Under the pieces are notes generated by a model. It made no database searches. It was not told where the DNA came from and was given only the letters and a program-made list of their open reading frames with translations. Made by a program: the position numbers and the translations under genes. A stretch of 64,000 nt of DNA from Macrostomum hystrix (Eukaryota > Animalia > Platyhelminthes), in assembly GCA_950097015.1 (NCBI GenBank), contig CATNEN010000035.1, positions 1,302,001 through 1,366,000 of the forward strand, read 5' to 3'. This document shows, piece after piece, positions 37,701-64,000 of the stretch (positions are counted from its first letter, which is position 1; every line of letters begins with the position of its first letter).

Positions 37701-40700
37701 GGCCAGCCCGCTGCTCAGCAGATTCGACTTGGTGTTGGTGCTGCTGGACAGGGGCGATCCGGCATGGGACGCCGCCGTGTCCTCTCATGTGCTCACTGCT
37801 CTTATAGAACGGTGAGTCATTCTACATGCTTTGCTTCTATTAATACTCCTATTGGGGTGAGTGGCGGTCTGACGCGTTTGCCTCTTGCACCAATTCCGAG
37901 CAATGTCCCTAAGCTCGATTCTGCGGCGAGGCCACATTTGTTTGAGAGAAGGCTTGGTTGCTTGTCGTGCAATTTACGCCCTTGAGGGCCAACCTCCAAG
38001 GCTCAGTGAAAGTGTACACTAATAGACGATGAGAAAGGTCAGGCCAGACGTGCACACCTGTGTGAATATGTGCCTGGGTAAGGTATCTGTGTGCATGTGA
38101 GCTCAGGAGTCAGCGAAATGGGCAGAATTTCCCACTCGCTGGCTGTGGGTCTAGTGTCACTTAATAATAATAATAATTGCCTATTTTAAGGTATAAAGTA
38201 AAAAATTTTGTTTGTGTTATAGATATGAAAACAGATTCCATCATTTTAAGCATCGCGCTGTAAGGTCAGACTTGGTGGTACTGGTAGACCACAAAGCGAC
38301 ATTATATTTCTGTCTATACCAGACACTACCTGCTCTATTGTTTTTGAGTCTTTGTCATATATAAGATGTCAATCTATCTTTATCACTTGCTGCTCGGAGG
38401 CACCATCACACCAGCAGTGAGACGCTTCACAATGGCCAGGTAGCAGACGCGGTTGCATCGCTCAGACTCTTCACACAGGCACTCCGACGGCACCAGGCTT
38501 GGGTGGTTGACCTTGAACGCGGTCACCTCGCTCTGGATCCTCTCGTAGGTGAAGGAGTTGTCGGGACATCCGGTTCCCTCCAGGATGCAGGGTCCGTACA
38601 GCCTCTCAGCCTCCTTCATCTTCTCGCGCTGCTCGTCCTTCAAAACCAATAAAAAGTTTTGCCTACTCGATAAGTCAAGTGCATCTAACAAACGTGCGAT
38701 CCTGTGTGAAGGCTACTCACAGTCAGCTTGCTGCTGCTTCGCTTGCTGCTCGGAGGCGCAATCGCTCCAGCGTAAAACCGCTTCACAATGGCCAGGTAGC
38801 AGACGCGGTTGCATCGCTCAGACTCTTCACACAGGCACTCCGACGGCACCAGGCTTGGGTGGTTGACCTTGAACGCGGTCACCTCGCTCTGGATCCTCTC
38901 GTAGGTGAAGGAGTTGTCGGGACATCCGGTTCCCTCCAGGATGCAGGGTCCGTACAGCCTCTCAGCCTCCTTCATCTTTTCGCGCTGCTCGTCCTTCAAA
39001 CGGATTATCAACAAAGCTACGAGTCTAGTCCCCTGCTTATAAAAAGCATCTCAAAAACACACGGAAGATTTCTCACAGTCAGCTTGCTGCTGCTTCGCTT
39101 GTTGCTTGGAGGCACCATCACACCAGCAATGAGACGCTTCACAATGGCCAGGTAGCAGACGCGGTTGCATCGCTCGGACTCTCCGCAAAGACATTCGGAG
39201 GGCACAAGAGCCGGATTTTTGGCCTTGAACACGGTCACCTCGCTCTGGATCCTCTCGTAGGTGAAGGAGTTGTCGGGACATCCGGTTCCCTCCAGGACGC
39301 AGGGTCCGTACAGCCTCTCAGCCTCCTTCATCTTCTCGCGCTGCTCGTCCTGTTAGTTTTCACACGTGAAGAATCCGAATGAGATTACGAATTTACACTC
39401 CTGAATGGAGATGTTGGTGTGCAATAGTAGCTAAGCACTTACGGTTATGTCACAGACCGCCAGCAACGGCAGCATGATAAGTACGAGTAGTATGGCGCGC
39501 ATCTTTGCCTCTGGATTAATCTGTTGGTCACTTTAGAAGAAGGGCGATGTCTCGAATGTGGCGAATTTTGTCAAGTTTGAAGATTCATATTTATAGAAAA
39601 GTTTGCTGTGGGTGTGCCTTTGGTCTATGAATTCTCTTAGGCTGAGTTTGTTCAGCCGGTTTTGCTTATTTGAGCAAATCGTCTAATTGACTTCCTACAG
39701 AAATAGGTTTAGTTTGAACAAACTCATGATATAAATTTCAGTTTTGAGTTTTTTGTTCGCTTTATTCGCTGCAGTGAACTGTGAATCTTGTCCTAATTTT
39801 TTCCTTTAAGTTTTTAAAGTCCTTTTGTTGATCTTGTGCTCAGATGGCAGTTAACTTGAAATTGTTTTTCGGGCACTGATTGAACAGCCGGATCAATGTC
39901 TGTTCTCATTCTAATGGGCTTTTGTTTGATTAAATATATCTGTAAGTCATTGTTTGTACAGATCAATACTTTTGTCTTCGCTCGCTTAGTCAGCCGCCTA
40001 TTCCACCGTGTGCAATTCATTTGCAAACTTTAAATGTCAAATTCTGAATTAACTATCTGAGCATATTTTGTTGTCTCGTATTTTTTTCTGTTTTTGATAC
40101 TGGAAAAAAATCTGAAGACACTAAATAATTGAATCTAAATCTGGAACCATTTCACACTGGAACCATTTCACACTGGAACCGTTTCACACTGGAACCATTT
40201 CACACTGGAACCATTTCACACTGGAACCATTTCACACTGGAACCGTTTCACACTGGAACCATTTCACACTGGAACCATTTCACACTGGAACCATTTCACA
40301 CTGGAACCGTTTCACACTGGAACCATTTCACACTGGAACCATTTGACACTGGAACCATTTCACACTGGAACCATTTCACACTGGAACCATTTCACACTGG
40401 AACCATTTCACACTGGAACCGTTTCACACTGGAACCATTTCACACTGGAACCATTTGACACTGGAACCATTTCACACTAAAACCGTTTCACACTGGAACC
40501 GTTTCACACTGGAACCATTTCACACTGGAACCGTTTCACACTGGAACCATTTGACACTGGAACCATTTGACACTGGAACCATTTCACACTGGAACCATTT
40601 GACACTGGAACCATTTGACACTGGAACCGTTTCACAATGGAACCATTTCACACTGGAACCATTCGACACTGGAACCATTTGACACTGGAACCATTTGACA

Positions 40701-43700
40701 CTGGAACCATTTGACACTGGAACCATTTGACACTGGGACCATTTGACACTGGGACCATTTGACACTGGAACCGTTTCACACTGGAACCATTTCACACTGG
40801 AACCATTCGACACTGGAACCATTTGACACTGGAACCATTTGACACTGGGACCATTTGACACTGGGACCATTTGACACTGGGACCATTTGACACTGGAACC
40901 GTTTCACACTGGAACCATTTCACACTGGAACCATTTGACACTGGGACCATTTGACACTGGAACCATTTCATACTGGAACCATTTGACACTGAGACCATTT
41001 GACACTGGAACCGTTTCACACTGGAACCATTTCACACTGGAACCGTTTCACACTGGAACCATTTCACACTGGAACCATTTCACACTGGAACCATTTGACA
41101 CTAGAACGATTTCACACTGGAACCATTTCACACTGGAACCGTTTCACACTGGAACCATTTCACACTGGAACCATTTCACACTGGAACCGTTTCACACTGG
41201 AACCATTTGACACTGGAACCATTTCACACTGGAACCATTTGACACTGGGACCATTTGACACTGGAACCGTTTCACACTGGAACCATTTCACACTGGAACC
41301 ATTCGACACTTGAACCATTTGACACTGGAACCATTTGACACTGGAACCATTTGACACTGGAACCATTTGACACTGGAACCATTTGACACTGGGACCATTT
41401 GACACTGGGACCATTTGACACTGGAACCGTTTCACACTGGAACCATTTCACACTGGAACCATTCGACACTGGAACCATTTGACACTGGAACCATTTGACA
41501 CTGGAACCATTTGACACTGGAACCATTTGACACTGGGACCATTTGACACTGGGACCATTTCACACTGGAACCATTTCACACTGGAACCATTTGACACTGG
41601 GACCATTTGACACTGGGACCATTTGACACTGGAACCGTTTCACACTGGAACCATTTCACACTGGAACCATTCGACACTGGAACCATTTGACACTGGAACC
41701 ATTTGACACTGGAACCATTTGACACTGGGACCATTTGACACTGGAACCATTTGACACTGGAACCATTTGACACTGGAACCATTTCACACTGGAACCGTTT
41801 CACACTGGAACCATTTCACACTGGAACCGTTTCACACTGGAACCATTTCACACTGGAACCATTTCACACTGGAACCGTTGCACACTGGAACCATTTCACA
41901 CTGGAACCGTTTCACACTGGAACCATTTGACACTGGAACCATTTGACACTGGAACCATTTGACACTGGAACCATTTCACACTGGAACCGTTTCACACTGG
42001 AACCATTTCACACTGGAACCGTTTCACACTGGAACCATTTGACACTGGAACCATTTCACACTGGAACCATTTCACACTGGAACCATTTGACACTGGGACC
42101 ATTTGACACTGGAACCGTTTCACACTGGAACCATTTCACACTGGAACCATTCGACACTTGAACCATTTGACACTGGAACCATTTGACACTGGAACCATTT
42201 GACACTGGAACCATTTGACACTGGAACCATTTGACACTGGGACCATTTGACACTGGGACCATTTGACACTGGAACCGTTTCACACTGGAACCATTTCACA
42301 CTGGAACCATTTGACACTGGGACCATTTGACACTGGAACCATTTGACACTGGAACCATTTGACACTGGGACCATTTGACACTGGAACCATTTGACACTGG
42401 AACCATTTCACACTGGAACCGTTTCACACTGGAACCATTTCACACTGGAACCGTTTCACACTGGAACCATTTCACACTGGAACCATTTCACACTGGAACC
42501 GTTTCACACTGGAACCATTTCACACTGGAACCATTTCACACTGGAACCGTTTCACACTGGAACCATTTCACACTGGAACCGTTTCACACTGGAACCATTT
42601 CACACTGGAACCATTTCACACTGGAACCGTTGCACACTGGAACCATTTCACACTGGAACCGTTTCACACTGGAACCATTTGACACTGGAACCATTTGACA
42701 CTGGAACCATTTGACACAGTAAAAAACTGTATCCAGTTTAAAATTTGTAATCGATCTAAACCGATGGGCACTAAATGTATGCTTTTCTCTCCGCTTCCTC
42801 ACCGCAGTGATGATTCTGACTCCGACGATATCGATACTGACGTGAAAGAGAATCTACCCGCTGCGCAGCGAGATGGGACAGCAGGTGCACTAGATTCAGG
42901 CGAGAAACAGCAGCAGCAGCAGCAGCATTGGAGCCTGGAGCGGTTGCAAGCCTATTTCGCCTATATCCGCAGCTTCAATCCGAGCATCGGGCCGGAGGCT
43001 GGCGCAGTCCTCACCGCCTATTATCAGCGGCAGAGAGCGGCCACGGCGCCCGACCGGCTCGGCGCTGAGCGCGGCGTCGGCTCTCGAACCACCACTCGCC
43101 TGCTGGAGAGCTGTATCCGGCTGGCCGAAGCCCACGCTCGCCTGATGATGCGCTCGTCTGTCACTCTGCAGGACGCCCTAATGGCCGTCTCCGTTGTTGA
43201 GGCCTCGATGGTTGGCGCCGCCTTGATTGGCGGTAGCGGAGGCGGCGGCGGCGTCGGCGTTGGCCCTCTGGCTGGCTTTCCGGAGCAGCCGGACGCTGAT
43301 TTTGGTCGAGAGGCTCGCCAACTGTTGGCCGCACTGGGCTTGGATCATCTTACTTACACCGCCGATGGCGCTGCTCATCGCGATGGCATTGCTGAGCCGC
43401 CGCCGTCGACAGGACGGCCCATTCTCGCTCTGTCGCGTCACGAATTTCGGGGCGCTGCCGGCGGTAAATCCTTTCTGTCGACTTCCTCGACTACGCCTAA
43501 CCTGTCGATATCGGCGGCGAAACGTCGACGCATCGTAGCCGACGTAATCCACGACGACGACGGCGAAGCCGGAGGCGAGAGCACCCGCTGGGAGAACGCC
43601 AAATCGATGCTGGACGTCAATGACGCGACGAACATTTTCGCTGATTCAATTTCTTCAGCTTCGTTTGCTGTCTGTCAGTTCAATATTCAGACTGACTTGT

Positions 43701-44488
43701 TTCAGGACGCGCCCATTGTGGTGGGCCATGCCGCTTACGGTCCGACTGCTTCTGTTCCGACTGCTTTCATTCCGACTGCTTCCATTCCGACTGCTTCCGG
43801 TCTGACTGCTTCCGGTCCAGCAGCTTCCGTTCCGGCTGCTTCCGGTCCAGCAGCTTCCGTTCCGACTGCTTCCGTTCCAAGACAAGGTAGTTCGGCTGCT
43901 TCCAGTGAAACAACGTCCGCTGGCAACGTGAGCTCGCAGTTGCCAGTCTTCTCTATTGACGATTTTGAATTGCCGGGCATCAATGCAGACACCCCGATGC
44001 AGGCGGACATCAATAATGTGTCTGCAGCAGCAGCAGCAACAGCAGCAGCGGTTTCGGCAACGAAATCTAGCCGACTCTCCGGTGCTCCGATGCTGCCGCC
44101 GCCGAGTCAGCCAAGTCAAAGGTTTTCCTTTAAACGCTTGGCCGCTAGTTCAGCCAATACGGCTGCAGCCTCTGCTAAGGCTGTCAACGCGAACGTCGGC
44201 GTTGCTGGTCGCCTGGTTGCTGGAGAGACTCTGGCTAAATTGCGCGCTTTCGAATGCTCACAGGATCCGCGAAAGGCCTTCCCTGCTGAACACTCAACCG
44301 CTGCTGCTGGATCCGCTTCGTTGGTCGTCGACAAATCCGCCCCCGGGTCTGCTCCGCCCGTCGCCAGATCCGCCCCCGGATCCGCTCCGCCCGTCGACAA
44401 ATCCGCCCCCGGTTCCGCGCCTGAGACAAGCGTGGCCCAATTATTTAGCATCGACGAGCTCTTCAACGACTCAAATTTTGATGTTTAG
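34780..44488 (+). CDS. MCM9: DNA helicase MCM9, exons ~34780-35451, 36551-36776, 37163-37811, 42808-44488 (~1076 aa); start codon unresolved
   Basis: Zn-finger CTRC...[27 protein letters not shown], Walker [12 protein letters not shown], Walker B CCIDEFNS, arginine finger [27 protein letters not shown] and a long disordered tail. Exon phases are consistent. Confidence 0.92.
35463..36500. repeat. 27-bp minisatellite GGATTGGGATTTTCTAAATTGGATTTG
   Basis: Direct periodicity, MCM9 intron 1. Confidence 0.95.
36845..37085. repeat. 21-bp minisatellite TCCCCTCAAATCTTTGAATTA
   Basis: Direct periodicity, MCM9 intron 2. Confidence 0.9.
37853..38178 (+). mobile_element. tRNA-derived SINE-like element, copy 3 (MCM9 intron 3)
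   Basis: gcgtttgcctct...aagctcgattctgcggcgaggccaca...gtgcaatttacgcccttgagggccaacctccaaggc...gggtctagtgtcac, followed by a (TAA)n tail. Confidence 0.65.
38383..39502 (-). CDS. Nested antisense gene: secreted precursor with three tandem 6-Cys domains, exons 39502-39443, 39349-39077, 38993-38721, 38637-38383, 286 aa
   Basis: Exon 1 encodes the signal peptide [20 protein letters not shown] and ends at donor gtaagt. Three phase-0 exons (273, 273, 255 nt) have clean AG/GT sites and each carries C-x6-C-x28-C-x-C-x5-C-x3-C followed by KR. Introns are 93, 83 and 83 nt. Confidence 0.85.
39588..39596 (-). promoter_or_regulatory. TATA box candidate for the nested antisense gene
   Basis: CTATAAATA on the - strand about 90 nt upstream of the ATG at 39502. 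Confidence 0.5.
40140..42717. repeat. 16-bp minisatellite CACTGGAACCATTTSA, ~160 copies
   Basis: Direct periodicity, MCM9 intron 3. Confidence 0.95.
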
Positions 44489-45329
44489 CATTTTCGTGGC
44501 AAACATTTTCGCATTCTCGCGTTAGTGAACTTTAGTATTTTTTAGCAATAATTTTTGTTCAGACAAAATGCATAAGTTTTGATGGCAGGTAATTAATCTT
44601 TAATATCAATAAATACTCTTCTACTAAGGTTATTGTCTTCTTTGTACGTTTTGTAAAATTGCTTAGATTCGCTTTTTTTTAAAACAATATTTTTAATAAC
44701 TTCCAGTAGAAGTAGCAAAACCATAAGACGAAAAGTTTTCTAAGTGCCCCCTTTAGCAGAAAAGCAATGTCTATATTAGCAGAGTGTGCCCCCTATAGTA
44801 AAGAGACAATGTCTCCCTTCAACAGTCAAACAATGACCCCCTTTAGCAGAGAACTACCAAGCCATTTTGCCGCCCGTTTTTATTCCCCTGAATATTCCCC
44901 AGACTGATTGGTTGACAGACAGACTAGGCGATGGTTTCCTATGGTCCAGCAGCTCCGTCTATATAAAGGCAGGTGACCACCGAAGTCGGAGATGATCCAG
45001 GCACATCGGGTGACATGCTGATCAATTTAATTCAAGGCCTGGCAAGGCCGCACTGAGGCGCAGTGCTAATTCGTGTATAGGGGTGTATGAAATACACTAG
45101 CGCTTATGGGAAAAATCATAACTTCGGCCAGAACCATTGAATATCTCGACGGTCGGAAGAGCTGGCGACATGATTCTTGTTTCAGAAGATGCGCGACAAA
45201 AATTTGGCCCGTGTTCTTGAGTTTCGTGTGCTTGCGTTGCTCCTTTCAGGTGCAGCAAAAATTGTCAGGGGGGAAATGTTTTATAAAAATACTTGATTAA
45301 AGTTATGTATAAGCGAAAAAAAATTTCAG

Positions 45330-59953
<14,624 letters not shown>

Positions 59954-60009
59954 CATACAAACATAACTCGTATATCACTGATGCTGGCTGCAAGGCGTCT
60001 TGCATTGCT

Positions 60010-61518
60010 AAATGGATTGCTAGACTAGCCTCCTTAGATAATGGAATAGAATGGATTGCTAGACTAGCCTCCTTAGAGAGATAATGGAACAGAGTGGATT
60101 GCTAGACTAGCCTCCTTAGATAGATAATGGAATAGAATGGATTGCTAGACTATCCTCCTTAGAGAGATAATGGAACAGAGTGGATTGCTAGACTATCCTC
60201 CTTAGATAGATAATGGAATAGAGTGGATTGCTAGACTAGCCTCCTTAGATAGATAATGGAATAGAGTGGATTGCTAGACTATCCTCCTTAGATAGATAAT
60301 GGAATAGAGTGGATTGCTAGACTAGCCTCCTTAGATAGATAATGGAATAGAGTGGATTGCTAGACTAGCCTCCTTAGATAGATAATGGAACAGAGTGGAT
60401 TGCCTTAGACTATCCTCCTTAGATAGATAATGGAACAGAGTGGATTGCTAGACTATCCTCCTTAGATAGATAATGGAATAAAGTGGATTGCTAGACTATC
60501 CTCCTTAGATAGATAATGGAATAGAGTGGATTGCTAGACTATCCTCCTTAGATAGATAATGGAATAGAGTGGATTGCTAGACTATCCTCCTTAGATAGAT
60601 AATGGAATAAAGTGGATTGCTAGACTATCCTCCTTAGATAGATAATGGAATAGAATGGATTGCTAGACTATCCTCCTTAGATAATGGAATAGAATGGATT
60701 GCTAGACTAGCCTCCTTAGATAATGGAATAGAATGGATTGCTAGACTAGCCTCCTTAGATAATGGAATAGAATGGATTGCTAGACTAGCCTCCTTAGATA
60801 GATAATGGAATAGAGTGGATTGCTAGACTAGCCTCCTTAGATAGATAATGGAACAGAGTGGATTGCTAGACTATCCTCCTTAGATAGATAATGGAACAGA
60901 GTGGATTGCTAGACTAGCCTCCTTAGATAGATAATGGAATAGAGTGGATTGCTAGACTATCCTCCTTAGATAGATAATGGAATAGAATGGATTGCTAGAC
61001 TAGCCTCCTTAGATAGATAATGGAATAGAGTGGATTGCTAGACTATCCTCCTTAGATAGATAATGGAATAGAATGGATTGCTAGACTATCCTCCTTAGAT
61101 AATGGAATAGAATGGATTGCTAGACTAGCCTCCTTAGATAATGGAATAGAATGGATTGCTAGACTAGCCTCCTTAGATAATGGAATAGAATGGATTGCTA
61201 GACTAGCCTCCTTAGATAATGGAATAGAGTGGATTGCTAGACTAGCCTCCTTAGATAGATAATGGAATAGAGTGGATTGCTAGACTATCCTCCTTAGATA
61301 GATAATGGAATAGAGTGGATTGCTAGACTAGCCTCCTTAGATAGATAATGGAATAGAGTGGATTGCTAGACTAGCCTCCTTAGATAGATAATGGAATAGA
61401 GTGGATGCTAGACTAGCCTCCTTAGATAGATAATGGAATAGAGTGGATTGCTAGACTAGCCTCCTTAGATAGATAATGGAATAGAATGGATTGCTAGACT
61501 AGCCTCCTTAGATAGATA
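60010..61518. repeat. 39/43-bp minisatellite AATGGAATAGAGTGGATTGCTAGACTAGCCTCCTTAGATAGAT
   Basis: Direct periodicity starting ~55 nt after the CABLES stop. Confidence 0.95.
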
Positions 61519-61973
61519 AGGAGGATCGAGACCTTAGACCATAGAAGTTGAAGTATTTGCGTGTATATTCTATAATATCTTGTAATCTCTAGGGAATATT
61601 TTTCAGCTATACCTTTTTAGAGTTGATGCGGCATTGTGAATATTTTATTCTCGTTAACAGTTGTTTAATCGTTCGATAGATTTTGAAAGCACAACAGCTT
61701 TATGTTTTTATTGACAACTGTCTGTTTATTACTTTCTATGGTAACTAAAATTTTAAATACTTTGTTATTAGATTTTAGTAAACATTTTTTACAGAATCGA
61801 TAAATATATCTGCTCACAACTTTTTACTTTTTAGATTTTCTTCTTTCCTAAAGGGACATATCGTTGGTTGCATCGGTTGTTCTGCTTGTTCCCTTTCCAG
61901 TAGTAGCGGAACAAACTACCACTAGCGATATCAATTGAGTACTCAATCAAATGCGAAAAAATGCTGCTTTCTT

Positions 61974-62089
61974 ATTGGTCAGGACTGGAATAGATTGCCG
62001 CTCTCTGATTGGTCAAGAATATAATCGATTGGCAACGACAAAAACCAAACGCTGCTCTCTGATTGGCCAATAATAGAATATTGACCAAT
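61974..62089. promoter_or_regulatory. CCAAT-box cluster, candidate promoter of a downstream gene
   Basis: ATTGG at 61974, 62008, 62028 and 62062; CCAAT at 62067 and 62085; ctctctgattgg occurs twice. Confidence 0.45.
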
Positions 62090-62744
62090 TAAAAGTTTGT
62101 TTATATATTTCTTAGAATACAAAGGAAAATTGTATAAATATACTTTTTTAGCTGATAGGAAGCCTTTTGGAAACTTTCCAGATGTCCTACTGTGTCATTG
62201 CGCCCTGTTTTTATTGACCAAGTTTTCTGAAATCCTTGAATTTAATTTGAGGATTAAAAGCAGTTTTAAAATTTTCGGAGAGACTTCTTAACAGGGACCC
62301 TGCACTCCGTGCTAACTGTACTAAAGGCTTCACTGTCTAATCAAGACTCACAGGCGGTCCACACATGTCTTCTTTTTTCGACATTTTTTTCTTTCGGTTT
62401 AATCCGCTTCAGAAATTCATTTTTTTGCTTTAATTACTCGTAGTTGTGTGGGGACTTCGAGATGGATGCGGCTCGCGGAAATCTGATCCATTCTAATCCT
62501 CAGATCTGACAAAGAAAATCTCGTGCGACTGCCGGCTGATGTTACTCTGAAAAAAGTTCTGTAGCAGCATGAACGACAAAGCTATTAAAAAAGTAAAAAA
62601 CTACCTCATCATAAAGCCATTATTCATTCTTTGTGACAGATTTGCGAGCTAGGTGAAACACAAAGGCGAGTAATATATTGCAAATATATTATTTCAGAGA
62701 AAATGCTAATTCCAGCACACTGGAAAATCTTACGATTGTTGAAG

Positions 62745-64000
62745 ACTGGGATTTGGGATTCTCGAAGAGGCCATTGGGATAGAATTGGGATTCTTGAAGA
62801 GGCCATAGGGAAAGAATTGGGATTCTTAAAGAGACCATAGGGATAGAATTGGGATTCTCGAAGAGGCCATAGGGATAGAATTGGGATTCTTAAAAAGACC
62901 ATAGGGAAAGAATTGGGATTCTTAAAAAGACCATAGGGATAGAATTGGGATTCTTAAAGAGGCCATAGGGATAGAATTGGGATTCTTAAAAAGTCCATAG
63001 GGAAAGAATTGGGATTCTTAAGAAGACCATAGGGATAGAATTGGGATTCTTAAAAAGACCATAGGGAAAGAATTGGGATTCTTAAGAAGACCATAGGGAT
63101 AGAATTGGGATTCTTAAAAAGACCATAGGGATAGAATTGGGATTCTTAAAAAGACCATAGGGAAAGAATTGGGATTCTTAAAGAGGTCATAGGGAAAGAA
63201 TTGGGATTCTTAAAGAGACCATAGGGAAAGAATTGGGATTCTTAAAGAGGCCATAGGGAAAGAATTGGGATTCTTAAAAAGACCATAGGGAAAGAATTGG
63301 GATTCTTAAAGAGGTCATAGGGAAAGAATTGGGATTCTTAAAGAGACCATAGGGATAGAATTGGGATTCTTAAAGAGGCCATAGGGAAAGAATTGGGATT
63401 CTTAAAAAGACCATAGGGAAAGAATTGGGATTCTCGAAGAGGCCATAGGGAAAGAATTGGGATTCTCGAAGAGGCCATAGGGAAAGAATTGGGATTCTCG
63501 AAGAGACCATAGGGAAAGAATTGGGATTCTTAAAGAGGCCAAAGGGATAGAATTGTGATTCTTAAAAAGACCATAAGGAAAGAATTGGGATTCTTAAAAA
63601 GACCATAGGGATAGAATTGGGATTCCTAAAGACGCCATAGGGATAGAATTGGGATTCTTAAAGAGGCCAAAGGGATAGAATTGTGATTCTTAAAAAGACC
63701 ATAAGGAAAGAATTGGGATTCTTAAAAAGACCATAGGGATAGAATTGGGATTCTTAAAAAGACCATAGGGATAGAATTGGGATTCCTAAAGACGCCATAG
63801 GGATAGAATTGGGATTCTTAAAGAGGCCATAGGGAAAGAATTAGGATTCTTAAAAAGACCATAGGGAAAGAATTGGGATTCTTAAAGAGGCCATAGGGAT
63901 AGATTAGGGATTCTTCAAAAGACCATAGGGATAGAATTGGGATTCTTAAAGAGGCCATAGGGAAGGAATTGGGATTCTTAAAAAGACCATAGGGATAGAA
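62745..64000. repeat. 32-bp minisatellite ATAGGGAAAGAATTGGGATTCTTAAAAAGACC (runs off the window end)
   Basis: Direct periodicity. Confidence 0.95.

Noticed and set aside
38549-39155. + strand ORFs at 38549 and 38679
   Set aside because: Shadows of the - strand nested gene, which has the splice sites, signal peptide and Cys pattern.
40129-42714. Many overlapping His/Trp-rich ORFs ([14 protein letters not shown])
   Set aside because: 16-bp intronic array; frames cycle as expected for a unit not divisible by three.

Overview
Eukaryotic (animal) genomic DNA; no prokaryotic features or CRISPR. Seven spliced or intronless genes all lie on the + strand: Rab3 (2363-10994), a coiled-coil/RING-H2 E3 ligase-like gene (13070-14487), a GH29 alpha-L-fucosidase (16767-21098), Rab39 (24139-24849), NOM1 (28345-32529), MCM9 (~34780-44488) and CABLES (~45330-59953). 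About half of the window (my rough sum, ~33 kb) consists of more than 35 different minisatellite arrays, nearly one private array per intron or intergenic gap. These arrays produce most of the long low-complexity ORFs in the supplied track. This architecture resembles the flatworm Macrostomum, but the species is my inference only. Three signals stand out. (1) An antisense gene nested in MCM9 intron 3 (39502-38383, - strand, TATA box, signal peptide) encodes a ~286-aa secreted precursor with three exon-encoded 6-Cys domains separated by KR sites; its exons are nearly identical while its introns have diverged. (2) Rab3 has two 125-nt mutually exclusive exon 3 copies that swap the effector-contacting alpha3-beta5/G4 region; the ORF track misses exon 3a. 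(3) MCM9 and CABLES lack an in-frame ATG at their conserved N-termini but have phase-0 AG acceptors there, which is compatible with a spliced-leader-donated AUG and operon-like organisation; cis-exon alternatives also exist. Exon boundaries were derived by hand from GT/AG sites, phase and family motifs. No database search was run.
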